Assembly (NCBI GenBank): GCA_002269645.1
Contig: NIVC01002123.1
Span: 124,001-188,000, forward strand
Origin: Macrostomum lignano
Taxonomy: Eukaryota
Reading direction: 5' to 3'
DNA length: 64,000 nt
Position numbers and translations under genes: made by a program
Shown: in pieces, positions 24,709 through 38,709 of the stretch
Position numbering within the stretch: position 1 is the first letter of the stretch
Layout: each line of letters starts with the position of its first letter
Notes under the pieces: generated by a model
Databases searched by the model: none
What the model was told of the DNA's origin: nothing
The model's input: the letters and a program-made list of their open reading frames with translations, nothing else

Positions 24709-25812
24709 CAGTGTTGGGCAAGTTACTTAAAAAAAGTAACTTGCGTTACTGTAACTTAAGTTACCAATTTTTAAAAAGTAACTTACGTTAGCCTAGTAAC
24801 TTTAGACAAAAACCTGGTAACTTTTAAGTTACTGTCCGTTACTCACTTCCGTTACCCATGTTATTAACAAAATTTTCTGCTTTTTTCACATTGCACATTT
24901 TTTCACATTGTTGTTACCGAAATTTGCCATTGGGCATTGGGATTAACCGATTAACAGACAGAGACAGGAATTGGCGACACGATGTGAGGCAAATAGAAGG
25001 ACCAATGGGCAATGGCAATCAATAATTAAAATTATAAATGATAAAACAAACGAATATCAATAATTCAATAGAGTAAAATAAATAGAACTGTATAAAATGG
25101 TGTAGTGTACTGCAGTGCCAGTGGAGGGACTTGTGGAGGCTACAGATGAATTTCTTTCTTTGGTTGTTTGTTTGAATCAAACTTGAAAATTTTTAGTAAC
25201 GAAAATGGGCCTTTTCATATAGCTAGTTCTGGTTCCAGAATCAGAACCAATTTGTGAAGTATAACTTTTTGTCTCCATAACTAGAGGGAGATACGTGCTA
25301 TAAAGTTTTTATTATTGAATGAAAATCGCTAAGAAGAAAGTGAAAAATTGTGCTATGTGAGGTTGTTAAGGCAGTCAAACATTCAACAGAATTAAATAGT
25401 TATACTGCTGTTTTTCTTGGAAGATCCGAACCGATTCTGATTCTGGAATTGGTAATATGAAAAGCCTCAATGAAAGGCGAAAATATTTTACCAATATTAA
25501 CAAAGTAATACATGTTTCAAGTATTTCTTCATTAATTAAACGCAATACCATATGATACTATTCACTTAATTTTGAATTTATGAATGAAAAATGCAAAAAC
25601 ATGTGACAACCGGCGTACTAGCTAAGCATTTCAGTTTTTAATTTAAATATTGCGATTGTTGCAAAGTAACTGTAACGGACTTCCGAAATTTGAGTAACTT
25701 ACCGTTACTCCGTTACTAAAATAAAAAAGTAACTTGCGTAAGGAACGCTTTACGAAAAAGTAACTTGCGTTACCATTTGCAAGTTACTCGGTAACGGAAG
25801 TGCCCAACACTG
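24709..25812. mobile_element. Non-autonomous hAT element, 1104 bp, perfect 12-bp TIR CAGTGTTGGGCA and 8-bp TSD AATATAAG
   Basis: TIRs at 24709-24720 and 25801-25812; TSD at 24701-24708 and 25813-25820; many GTAAC/GTTAC subterminal motifs; a nested inverted pair at ~25208-25250 / 25425-25467. Confidence 0.9.
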
Positions 25813-26279
25813 AATATAAGTATCCGAATATCCGATTAAAAGCGGTTATTTTTTTATTTTTAGCTCTATGTGTTCATACATTTTTGTCTATTTTTTTTTC
25901 ATAATGATGTAAGGATTTTCCTTTTTTAATAAAATATTTCTCTTTCTCTTTCTATGTCATACACTTGCCCAGAAATTGAGACTCAGAGACAGAGTAATAT
26001 AATAGTAATAGCTAGCTCAAAATTTAAGTAAATTTCTTTTTGGCAGCTTTCTCTTTGTTATATTGGATAGCCTGAAACAATTAAAATAACTAGCCTGTAC
26101 GCTAGTTTTGTATTTTTCTAAGTTCAAGTGTACTTAGTTATGTTCTTTGGGTCTCCAATTAGCAATGATTAATTGAAAATCTTCTGAAGTATGTTTTTTA
26201 CTGTAGTGTTAAAAAATTCTCAAATATCCTTTTCAGCCGCAACATTATATTCAGAAAAAACATTATAGTTTACATAGAC

Positions 26280-29200
26280 ATGGATAAAGCACTCGACGGT
26301 GGCTGGGGCTGGATGATTGTCCTAGCCGTCCACTTCATGCACTTTTTAACTGGCGGACTTGACAGAGCAACTGGAGTTTTCTACCGTGAAATTCTCTATG
26401 ACATGCAAGAGTCTTCCGCATCGACAGCTGGATTTACTGCACTGCTTTTTTCCTCCAGGTTTCTTAGCGGTGAGTTAAAGATCTGAATCCCTGTGTTATT
26501 ACTCTGTGAACGTTTCTCAGACAGGGATGTACATATATGAATGCTTTTACATGTATTTCGTGCAAAATATTTTTATCAAGGCCCAGTAGCGGGGGTACTA
26601 TGCAAGTTCTTCTGCTGTCGAAAAGTAATGATGGCTGGAGGCCTCATATCCTTCGTCGGCGTGCTGCTGAGCTCGTTCTGTCGCAGTCTGTCGCTCATCT
26701 ACCTGACCCTTGGTTTCATGACGGGAGTCGGCAATGGCCTCGCCTACACTTCTGGCCTCTTGGCTGTCAACGACTACTTCAGCCGACGCAAGGCGACCGC
26801 CCTCGGCTTGGCGACCGCGGGCACTGGAGTGGGCAGCTTCGTGCTGCCTCTGCTCACCCAGTACCTCATCCAGGTGTACTCATTCCGCGGCTGTATGCTC
26901 ATTCTGAGCGGTCTGTCGCTCAATCTGGTGGTGTGCGGCGCTCTGCTTTACCCGCTGCCGCAGGCTGCAGTCGGTGAGGAAAAGCCCGCCGAGTCAGTGG
27001 CACTGCGGGCAGTGGAAGGCGCAGAGAAGAATGGAGACGGAATGAAACCCGATGAGGAACATTCTGCCAAGCAACCAGTGTCAGCTGATGCACAGCCGTT
27101 GCAAACAGCTGACCCTGCACCTGTGAGCCCCTGTCGTCGGTTCTTCATCCAGTTGTGGGAGAATTTCGACCTGAAACTGTTCCTCAACTGGCAGTTCAGC
27201 GTGTACGCGCTGGCGGCTTTGTTCATCTCTGCCGGCTTCAAGCCTGTCGCGGTGATTTTGCCGCACCACGGCCAGCTCAAGGGCCTGACCAGAACCACCT
27301 CCGTGCTGCTGATCTCCATTGCTGGTGAGCTGTTTGCAGGCAATCTGCGGATAAAGCAATCATTTCCTGAACTGGTGCAATGGGGGCAGGGTAGCTCAGC
27401 CGTCTCGCTCTCGATCCACAACCCCCCTGAGTTCGTGCGATTCACGCCTGCTTGGAGAGCCAACTTCCAAGACAGAGATAGTGTACAGAGTTAGGGTTCC
27501 TTAGGTGGGTTCCGATACTCTTTCATCTTTTATACTACGTACATTCCCTGTACCTAAAAATCATAAAAATGCATGGCACTTACTTGACTGAGCTGCAGGG
27601 GGCTCCGTGCGTCCGGAAGCAGCGAGGAGGCGTTGCCGCCCATTTTGCTAACCCCTGGCAACCACGGGCAGCTAGTGCTGCGGTGTCGCGCAGGGAGTTC
27701 CGGTGGTGCCGGTGTCCGCAGTGCGGTCCCCCTCCGGAGAGTCCAGGAGGTGGATTGTCGCTCGCCCGGTAGTCCTTAGGTAGCGGACGAGCTAGCAGAG
27801 GTTCTCGGGCCTGAAAACCTCGGAGAGGTCCGGGTTTGGGCCGAGGTAGGTGAGCCTGTCCTGAGTAAAGGCGGGGCATTCACAGATAAAGTGCTCGCAT
27901 TCTCGACACCGGATAGGCAGAATGGGCATCCCTCACTGCGGATTTTTCCATGGAGGTGACGATGCCTGGCAAAACAGCCATGACCCGAGAGGGCCATGGT
28001 CACCGCCCTGATGTCCCTGCGGTTGAGTCCAAGCAGGGCCCTGCGCAGGGCGGAGGAAGGACAGGGGACAGCCGCGCGGGATTGCCGGCAGTCTGGGGCG
28101 ATTGCCCACCTCTCCCTGGGCTTTGAAGCCACCCACTGGTTGATCCGAGTGCTGACAACGGCGATGTAAATGCATGGCACAGCTCGACTCGTTGATTTTT
28201 TAAATCTATTTTATAATCTCTGTTACACATATTGTTACACAGTCAGCTAAGAATGATAAAATAGATTCATAAAACCGACGAGCCGAGCCGTGTCATGTTA
28301 ATGGTTCTTATGCACAGGACATGTACAATTGTACGTAGAATAAAAAATTGACACAGAATCCTAATTTTCTAAACGAAAAGCTCTATGAATATCAATGGAG
28401 CTATACGAAAGGCAAAACATATCAAAAGATGAACATTGGGTCTGCCTCCTGCTCCTAAAATTTTCTAAGAAACGAGGTTTCCCGTCCTTTTAATTGATCG
28501 TAGTCCTTGGCGGGTTGTCGTGCGACTCACAGCCACCAAGGCCAGGGGTTTCCCGTCCTTTTACTTGATCGTAGTCCTTGGCGGTTTGTCGTGCGATTCA
28601 CAGCCACCAGGGCCAGGCCCCGAGACACGGTTTGCACATGCCTGACGAATCTAGAAATTCAGGGCCTCTGTACACCCTTTGTGAGCCTGCGTACAGCACT
28701 GGCGCGCTTGTATGTGCTTTGGAGTCAGCGAAATGGGCAGAATTGCCTCAGCGCTGGTTTCGGGACGGTGTCGCTGAAGGAGAGCACCCAAAAATTTCCT
28801 GCAAAAATTAATTATTAATGTTGAAACTATTTGCGATGTTTAAATTACAGTGGATGTCTGCATAAGCAATGAGGTGCCTATAGGATTACGGCGGTGTGTC
28901 CAAAGAGACTGGAGTTGTTCTAGTAGCTGTTAGTGATCATGCAGTGTCCAGGAAAGGACGGATAGCTCCTCTCACGCACCGATCCGCAGGCGCCTGCGAC
29001 ACGGTGTCGCGGTTCTCCCTCGGCCTGCTGTTCGACACGTCCCGCCTGGTGCCGCACCGCAGGCGCATCTGGACACTCGGCATGCTGCTCACCGCCTCCA
29101 GCATCGCAGCCTTCGCCTTCATGCACAGCCTGGCTCCGTTTGTGCTCGTGTCGGTTGCGTTCGGCCTGACCTCCGGGCTGTTCGTCAGCCAGCTGTACTG

Positions 29201-29471
29201 CGTGCTTGGCGACCTGATCGGCCGGGAGCGCTGCCGCACCGGCATCGGCCTGCTGATCCTCTGCCGCGGTGTCGGCGTGGCGATCGGGCCGCCTCTGGCT
29301 GGGGCAATCAAGGACATCAGCGGCTCCTATAAGCTGTCGTTCTGTGCCCTCGGCGCGGCCACTTTCGCTGGCTTCGTCTGCCTGTGCGTGCTGGACGTCG
29401 TACTGCTGCTGCGGGGTCGGCGTCAACGATTGTCGAATCCAGAAGCCACGACTGTTGAGATCGCTACCTGA
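26280..29471 (+). CDS. SLC16/monocarboxylate-transporter-family MFS protein, copy 1 (471 aa). Exons 26280-26469, 26581-27324, 28990-29471
   Basis: DGGWGW signature, [43 protein letters not shown]; phase-1 GT-AG junctions, 1416 nt. Confidence 0.92.
27580..28167 (-). mobile_element. 5'-truncated non-LTR retrotransposon (LOA/R1/I-group-like ORF2 C-terminus with CCHC knuckle) in intron 2 of MCT copy 1, with 13-bp TSD AAATGCATGGCAC
   Basis: Minus-strand translation [49 protein letters not shown]/(frameshift)[10 protein letters not shown]...[12 protein letters not shown]; TSD at 27567-27579 and 28168-28180; 3' end ...CAAGTAA. Confidence 0.85.
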
Positions 29472-30618
29472 GTGACGCCTGGCAAGGTTTGCCTTGTTGG
29501 CACGATTTAGTTCTACCAAATATTGTAGTTAATTTTATAAGACAATTTCTGCAGAGCTTTCTACATAGCTTTATGCATAGCTCTTTACGCAAAAGAGCCG
29601 CATGTTCGAGTTTGAGTTTTGATTTCCTACTCGTATTGCTAATTTTTGGATCAACTATAAGTAGCACTTGAGAGTTTAAATAGCTTGGTTGTAATAAACA
29701 TTAATTTTGCGTTTGCATTCACACAGAGGGTAGTTAATTGTATGATTGGCTCTCGTGTGAGGACTGGATCTCAGTGGAACAGAGTTGGGAACCGGATTTC
29801 CCAATCCATCTGCAAAATCGCCCGTTTGCAAGTATTTAGCCGTAAACTGTTTCTAATAGAACTTAGTTAAAATAACACGGTTGATGAAGTAGTAAAGAAA
29901 TGAATAAATATTAAAAATAAATGAATGCTTCGAAAAAACAGAAATATTAATTTTTGTACCTTTCTTCTTCTGTTTCTATTTTTTTGTTTTAGTGTAGCCA
30001 ATATTTAAATTCAAATTTTGCTTGACGAGCTTTTTTGCTATAACCAGCATTCTAGATGCTTTTCAAACAGCTAGCCCCTCAACATTTTAAAGCAAACTGT
30101 CCATTTTGGCAACAAATTTGTTTTGGCTTTGTCAATTTTTCGACACCATGCACCATGCATATATTTTTTATTGTTTTCCAAGATTTTATCTCAATAACAG
30201 GCTTTTCTGTATGCAAATTTCAATAGTATAAACTAAAGCATACCTTTGCGTAGCTGATTTACAAATAAATTTTTATATCATGCAGTCGATTTCAAACAAT
30301 CGATAACTTTTGGAGCGAGCATGTTTCAAAGAAACACAATTTTGCAAGAGTAAAGAACTACATGTCCTTTGATTACTTGCCATTCTTACTGCATTAGCAA
30401 AGGTCACTGCAACAGGGCAGATAAACCTTCGCTGTCTGGTTTTTTATCTCTGTCGTAACAGTCTCCTACTTTCAGAGTAGTTTGTACTTGCTGTCTGGGC
30501 TATCGTCAGCAGTGTTAGGATTCTGGGTAGGACTGACTACATTTGCTTTAATTGTTGTAGAGCTACATGTAAATGTAATTACGGCTGCGGTGTGTATTCT
30601 GTCTCGCATGCTCAAGTG

Positions 30619-31222
<604 letters not shown>

Positions 31223-32049
31223 TCAAACGCTCACACATGATGTACAGCGGTACTGACTTTCTAGCTCAAGTTGGGGTTCTCTGACACAGTTAACTTGCCG
31301 AGACCATTCCGGCGCTCCTCCGCAGTGTCGCAGAGGATATTTGTATACAAAAAGCATTTTACTTGTACATTATTTGATAGGCGCTTGCCTCTGCATGAAA
31401 TCGTATCTGTTAAATTTTGACTAAAGCGAAGTTGAATGGAGTATAGTCTAAAAATGTTTAATTGACTGCACCATTTTACACAAAAAGCGTTTTATGAAGC
31501 AAGTAAACGAAATTTGGTCTTTTTGTCACCATACGGTCATGATCAAACCCTCCGAAATCCGTTCTGAATTGATTCATCAAGTCTTACAGCTAGACCCAGA
31601 TAGTCTGAATGTCAATTGCAATCATGTTTCAACATATATCGCTTGAATATTTGAATTGAAACAAAACGTCCTAGTGTACTTTAATTGGGAATTAAGGAAC
31701 CGTCGGCATTTGACAATCTAAAAGAGCTCCAGACTGCCAGAAACAAATGCAGATAAGTCAACGGACTGGTTTTGTTATACAGAGAATTGGCGGCGTTGAG
31801 CCGCACAATTTCACGCCAAAGACTCGTGACTGAAGAGTAGCGGTTTGTTTCAACTAGGCCTTCTATATCAACTGGTATCGTTTAAAGTTTTCTTTGCTGA
31901 TAAAAATTGCTAAAAGTTAACAGAAAAGCAGAAATGATAAAGTTAGCGAGCGGCTTGAAAAAAAACCTCGGATAGCTACCATAAAGTTGAGTAGCGGCAA
32001 TATTTGCTGAGAATTACAAGCTTCAACTGAGCGATAAAGTGCAACACGC

Positions 32050-34129
32050 ATGTCTCAAAGTGCAGCACCGGACGGTGGCTGGGGCTGGATGGTGCTGCTG
32101 GCGGGTCACTGCATGCACATTCTGGCCGGCGGGCTTGACAGGGCGTCTGGAGTGTTCTACAGGGAGATCCTCAAAGAGCTGCAGCAGTCTTCTGCCTCCA
32201 CTGCCGGCTTCAGCGCTTTGCTGTTCGCTTCCAGGTTCATGAGCGGTGAGTGCAAGGTTCAAGTTGCGTTTCCGCGAAAATGATCAGATTAGAGATTTTA
32301 AGAGACTTCAAAGAAGACTGATCTAGAGCTTGTATTGCATTTGTCTGGCACACAACGTGAGTTATTCAGTTTCTGAATCACCCAGCAGCAAAAATGTTTA
32401 CACCGATGACTTTCAGGCCCCATTACCGGCGTTCTCTGCAAGTATTTTGGCTGCCGCAGGGTCATGATGGCTGGTGGCGTCACCTCCTTCGTCGGCGTGC
32501 TGCTGAGCTCGTTCTGCCGCAGTCTGTCGCTCATCTACCTGACCCTCGGCTGCATGACGGGAGTCGGCAACGGCCTCGCCTACACTTCTGGCCTCTTGGC
32601 TGTCAACGACTACTTCAGCCGACGCAAGGCCACCGCCCTCGGCTTGGCGACCGCGGGCACCGGAGTGGGCAGCTTCGTGCTGCCTCTGCTCACCCAGTAC
32701 CTCATCCAGGTGTACTCATTCCGCGGCTGTATGCTCATTCTGAGCGGCCTGTCGCTCAATCTGGTGGTGTGTGGCGCTCTGCTTTACCCGCTGCCTGCTG
32801 GGAAGAAGTCAGCAAATGGAGCGCTCGAGGCGGAGGCTGCAGACGCGACTTCTGAGGCACTCATCGATACAGCAGGTCAGAGTGAAACCGCTGAAAACAA
32901 AAACTCCAAGGATTCCACCGGTGAGAAAGTCCTGGGCCAATCCATGACAACGATCAAGTCAAGGACGTCCCTGGAGCGAAGCGGTCGGGGCTTCTGCATG
33001 GAGCTGTGGGCCAACTTCGATCTGAAGCTGTTCCTCAATCCGTACTTCTGCTTGCTGGCCGCCGCCACTCTGTTCATCTCGTCGGGCTTCAAGTCCGTGG
33101 CGGTGATCCTGCCGCACCATGCGCAGCTTCGTGGTCTGGACGACATGACATCTGTTCTGCTCATATCCATATCCGGTAGGTTCGCATCAAGTACTTTTTT
33201 AACTATGCATACTTCGTTTTGAAGACGGGTTTCGCCAAAACACACTACGGAAATAGGAGAGTTCTAATTAACTGCACTAGACGCGCAGTTCTGCACTGAC
33301 AAGCTGTAAAATGCGCGATGTATGATCTATGTCCGACTTGCCTTCGATATTATGCTCGTATTATAGATTCAGTGAACATTCGATGCTCGTCCAAATGTAT
33401 TGGTGTACTTGATGTAAATGTACTTAATTCCTATAACCCAAAGGCGATCGAAGGTTCGAAAGTCCATGCGGGACTTGGTTTAGTAAGCAGGATTCTTTCT
33501 GCAGTAGGACGTTGCGGTGAAAATTTACTGTTGTGGGTGCCGTTTTTTAGTGCAGAAGTAACTATTTCTTTTTATTTCTTTCTATTTCTGAAAATTACCA
33601 TCATAATATTAAATTAAAAATTATGCACATTTTCTGCCCAGGCGCCTGCGACACTGTGTCCAGATTCTCAGTGGGGCTGTTCTTCGACATCCCCCACCTG
33701 GTGCCGCACCGAAGGCGCATCTGGACACTCGGCATGCTGCTCACCGCCTCCAGCATCACAGCCTTCGCCTTCATGCAAAATTTAATACCGTTCATCCTGA
33801 TCTCGGGAGCGTTCGGCCTGACCTCCGGGCTGTTCATGAGCCAGTTGTACTGCATGCTGATTGACCTGATCGGCAGGGAGCGGTCCCGCTCCGGCATCGG
33901 CCTGCTGATCCTCTGCTTCGGCTTCGGCGTGGCCGTCGGACCGCCGACAGCGGGCGCGCTGAAGGACGTCACGGACACTTACCAGCTGTCATTCTGCGTG
34001 CTCGGCGCGTCCACCTTCGTCGGCTTCGTCTGTCTGTGCGCGCTGGACGTCGCGCTGATGACGCAGCGACGACAGCGACGGCGGCTGAATTTGAACCCTA
34101 CCCTGGATATTTCCGTAGAGAAAAAGTAA
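32050..34129 (+). CDS. SLC16/monocarboxylate-transporter-family MFS protein, copy 2 (480 aa). Exons 32050-32245, 32417-33175, 33642-34129
   Basis: APDGGWGW signature; same intron positions and phases as copy 1; 1443 nt. Confidence 0.92.
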
Positions 34130-35382
34130 CAAACCTTTCATTGTCACTTTTTTTATTGATAGTAGCCAGATCAATACTAAGTGTCCAAGGCACTGATTCT
34201 AGTTTCACGGATTGCTAAATGCAATTTGGGAAAGTACTGGGGCAAAACTGTTCTATGGTGCATTAAAATGCCCAATGTCTGGGAAAATACTGGGCAGATC
34301 AGTCTAGATTCGAGCCAAGAGGTTTGGATGACAGTTTGACCTTTTGCCCGTTTCTGTGCCAAAAATTCAATTACCCATCTTGGTGTTTAGTACTGATCGG
34401 TAATAGGATGCTCGCTAAGAAACAAACATTTTTCCCGTGCCGCATTCCAGTGCCGCATCCACCCATCATCAGTCATTAACTGATGCTAGTAACCGTTCAG
34501 AATACAACAAAACTAATAGGTGCTAAAACGAAGTAACTCGTAGAAGATATATTTTACTCGTAAATCTGAAAACAATAGCCAATCTTATTGTCAAAATTTA
34601 TTCTAGACCTGCCTCGGTCGTGTGTTGAAGTTGACCATGATCGGCGCTACTGTCTTTTTAAACTAAACGACTCATTTTAGTGTAGTGGACTAGCAACCTT
34701 GGCACCCCGTTGGGCAGTCAACAAATAAAGGGAAAAATTGATAAACTCTATATAGCTTTTGACCTTGTACAGTCACTATTGCTAGTTTCTTAGGAAAAAT
34801 GATGTTTAAATCAACAAATTATCAGCCGTAAAAGTCAGTTGTCTAGCATGAGATATCAGCATCTTCTTCGAGCTTCGACATCAAAGCCTCCTTTTAAGCC
34901 ATGGCTTGACCCTAGCTCTCTCTTTGATGCTTAGCCTACCAACAACTCCCAATTGACCCTTTTGGCATCCCCTCGATTTCAAAACTTAACGATTGTGATG
35001 ATGTGAAAATTTTCGAGTTTATTGGATTTCACGCTTGTGAACCCTCATGCTGCGCGTCTAGCCATTTTGACAGGAAAATTCCGTTTTCTTTCACTTAATT
35101 GACCGAATTTAAAGACTAATTGCAAGCATAAAGGCTCAATCTAGCTTAATTTAGGTCTGATTCTAGTTCTACCAGTTCGACTTTGTAGCGGAAAAATAAG
35201 TTTAATTCGGTGGCTCATTCCACGCATGTAGAGAAGACTTTATAACTTTTTAATGAGGAAGGACGGTAGATTCGGGCGTAGACAGCCTGCGAAATTTGTT
35301 TAATCAGTGCTGCAATTCACAATCACGTGGAACTTTTACCATAGGCGCCAAATAAGCGAGTCTAAGGGGTAGAGAGTGGGCT

Positions 35383-35600
35383 GGGCCGTAGCCAGTGGTC
35401 TGGCGCGGTGCTCTTACGTGCCAGCGGCCCAGGCTCGATTCCAAATGCAGCCGCTGTACACTCCTGTGTGAGTGTGTGCCTGCGTACGTATCCGCGCGCT
35501 TGTGTGCCTGCTCAGGGGAGTCGGCGGAATGGGCAGCAATGCCTCTCGCTGGTTGTGTGACAATGTCGCTTAAAGTGCGCCAGGGTGCACACAGCCCCCA
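35383..35600 (+). mobile_element. tRNA-derived SINE-like element
   Basis: Pol III A-box-like TAGCCAGTGG (35389-35398) and B-box-like GGCTCGATTCC (35432-35442); a second, inverted copy lies at 44180-44450. Confidence 0.7.
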
Positions 35601-36649
35601 GCCCATAATAAAAAGGAGTAGAGAGTTAGCTTTTAATAATCACGAATAGTGCTGACTAATTTGTAATAATTAGTCATTTCTGATTTATTTTGGACTTTTT
35701 ATTAAATATTTATTAGGTAATTCAATTCCCATTTGACTGAGAAAACAAACAACTCAAATCTATATTCAAGTGGTCTCATATTTGGAGCTATAAAGGTCAA
35801 ATGAATTCAGCATTTCTAAAGAAGATTCCTATCTAAAAAGTACAAAATCCCAAAAAGACAGTAGCTAAACATCATTTTCCTTTGGAGCCTAAAAATAGTG
35901 ACTGTCGATTGAAAGTCTTAACCTATGTGTAGCTTATTCAAATGCGTTTAGATCCCTTTCTTAGCTGCCTCCCTAACTCCCGATTGGGGTCACAATTTCC
36001 AATTCTGAGTGTCGAAGTAACGGTAGACGATACTACTGAATCAAAAGTAGCTTAATAGCATACGCCTTTTTGTATTAAAATCAAAATACATTTCATGTCC
36101 ATAGTAGAGACGCAGATACTTTAAGTAGCAAGTAAGGCATTTTTCGAAATTTTTTATGTTACACAACTTAACAACTCTGAAAAGATGGAGAACTTCGACA
36201 GCTCCGTTTTTCTACTGTCTTTGTCTCTTAAAAATCTTAAAAGTTTAGAAAAATCCAAGCTTTTTGCCACTTACTATGGAGCACCTCAATTTTTGACGAA
36301 CTCAACCTCAACCAAAGCAATAGTTTTGGTTTCTGCCTGTCAATGTCTTGGACTGGGAGATTAGGAAGCTCCCCGAGAGAGACGGGATGAAGGCCTCTCC
36401 ATGTGTTGGACCTTCCTCGGCCTTTTGAATAATTAATTGATTTGTACGAGGGGTAGGCGCGTCGGCTGAAGGGGATTAAATAAAGCTCTAGTGGGGCCGC
36501 TTAGCGGGAGGCGGAAGCTGGAGATGGCGGTCGGAGGCGAGACTCTGCTCAGGGGCAGCTCGTCCTACTTTGCGGTTGAAATGAAGAAGCTCATGGCCGA
36601 TCGAGAGTCCAGGTGAGGACTCTCTTTGACTCCCGTGTCTTGCAAAATT

Positions 36650-36650
<1 letters not shown>

Positions 36651-36723
<73 letters not shown>

Positions 36724-36771
36724 CAGACAGAAAGACAGACAGACAGACTGACAGACAGCACAGACAGACAG

Positions 36772-36833
<62 letters not shown>

Positions 36834-36860
36834 ACAGACAGACAGACAGACAGACAGACT

Positions 36861-36947
<87 letters not shown>
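36651..36947 (+). repeat. (CAGA)n microsatellite running into the assembly gap
   Basis: Direct observation. Confidence 0.98.
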
Positions 36948-37563
36948 NNNNNNNNNNNNNNNNNNNNNNNNNNNNNNNNNNNNNNNNNNNNNNNNNNNNN
37001 NNNNNNNNNNNNNNNNNNNNNNNNNNNNNNNNNNNNNNNNNNNNNNNNNNNNNNNNNNNNNNNNNNNNNNNNNNNNNNNNNNNNNNNNNNNNNNNNNNNN
37101 NNNNNNNNNNNNNNNNNNNNNNNNNNNNNNNNNNNNNNNNNNNNNNNNNNNNNNNNNNNNNNNNNNNNNNNNNNNNNNNNNNNNNNNNNNNNNNNNNNNN
37201 NNNNNNNNNNNNNNNNNNNNNNNNNNNNNNNNNNNNNNNNNNNNNNNNNNNNNNNNNNNNNNNNNNNNNNNNNNNNNNNNNNNNNNNNNNNNNNNNNNNN
37301 NNNNNNNNNNNNNNNNNNNNNNNNNNNNNNNNNNNNNNNNNNNNNNNNNNNNNNNNNNNNNNNNNNNNNNNNNNNNNNNNNNNNNNNNNNNNNNNNNNNN
37401 NNNNNNNNNNNNNNNNNNNNNNNNNNNNNNNNNNNNNNNNNNNNNNNNNNNNNNNNNNNNNNNNNNNNNNNNNNNNNNNNNNNNNNNNNNNNNNNNNNNN
37501 NNNNNNNNNNNNNNNNNNNNNNNNNNNNNNNNNNNNNNNNNNNNNNNNNNNNNNNNNNNNNNN
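36948..37563. other. Assembly gap (616 N)
   Basis: Run of N. Confidence 1.
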
Positions 37564-37669
37564 ATCCAAATTTGAGCCAGCCGTTTCCGGTTTGAATCCC
37601 GGATTTTAGACATCCTTGATTTTGGACAGTTGTTTTTTGTCCATGGTTTGGGTAGCGCTGTACCAGTCC

Positions 37670-38380
37670 GGACTCTAGATCGTGGAGTCCATGGTTCGGG
37701 TGGCCCTGCCCCAATCCAGACACTAGATAGTGGAGTCCATGGATCGGGTGGCCCTGCCCCAATCCACACTCTAGATCGTGGAGTCCATGGTTCTATGGTA
37801 GCGCTGCCCCAATCCAGACACTAGATAGTGGAGTCCATGGATCGGGTGGCCCTGCCCCAATCCACACTCTAGATCGTGGAGTCCATGGTTCTATGGTAGC
37901 GCTGCCCCAATCCAGACACTAGATAGTGGAGTCCATGGATCGGGTGGCCCTGCCCCAATCCAGACACTAGATCGTGGAGTCCATGGTTCTATGGTAGCGC
38001 TGCCCCAATCCAGACACTAGATAGTGGAGTCCATGGATCGGGTGGCCCTGCCCCAATCCAGACACTAGATAGTGGAGTCCATGGATCGGGTGGCCCTGCC
38101 CCAATCCACACTCTAGATCGTGGAGTCCATGGTTCTATGGTAGCGCTGCCCCAATCCAGACACTAGATAGTGGAATCCATGGATCGGGTGGCCCTGCCCC
38201 AATCCAGACACTAGATAGTGGAATCCATGGATCGGGTGGCCCTGCCCCAATCCAGACACTAGATAATGGAGTCCATGGATAATGGAGTCCAGCGCTTGCC
38301 CCAATCCAGACACTAGATAGTGGAGTCCGTGGATAATGGAGTCCAGCGCTTGCCCCAATCCAGACACTAGATAGTGGAGT
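37670..38380 (+). repeat. ~48-bp minisatellite GTGGAGTCCATGGATCGGGTGGCCCTGCCCCAATCCAGACACTAGATA with an alternating variant
   Basis: Direct periodicity. Confidence 0.92.
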
Positions 38381-38709
38381 CTTATCTACGAAGTGGCGCA
38401 GCACGCAAACAGTTTACATGAAGAGCGGTTTCACTAACCAAGCCAATTTGGTGTCGGGCTTAGGCGGGTTAGGCTGCAGGCTGCGGACGGTCCAAGAGCA
38501 CTTTTTCGTTTAGCACGTGCCCCAGTTTATCCCTTAGAAGAGTTGACCCAGCTATAACAAATCCTTCTGTTTGCTTCAGGCTTATGGGACTGGAACTTCG
38601 GTTTAAAAAATCCAGTAGTCTTCGATAATCCCACAGTATTAATAGAATATAGAATACGTTCAATGTTTTTTTAGTGCTCACACTTAAAATTTTTAATCTT
38701 TCTGAAGCT

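Noticed and set aside
27380-27450. tRNA-like element starting GGGTAGCTCAG
   Set aside because: No convincing B box or cloverleaf.
28480-28620. ~70-bp direct duplication in MCT intron 2
   Set aside because: Only two copies, with no TIR, TSD or coding signal; treated as an ordinary local duplication.
36488-37769. Long ORFs spanning X residues
   Set aside because: Artefacts of the N gap and the (CAGA)n tract.
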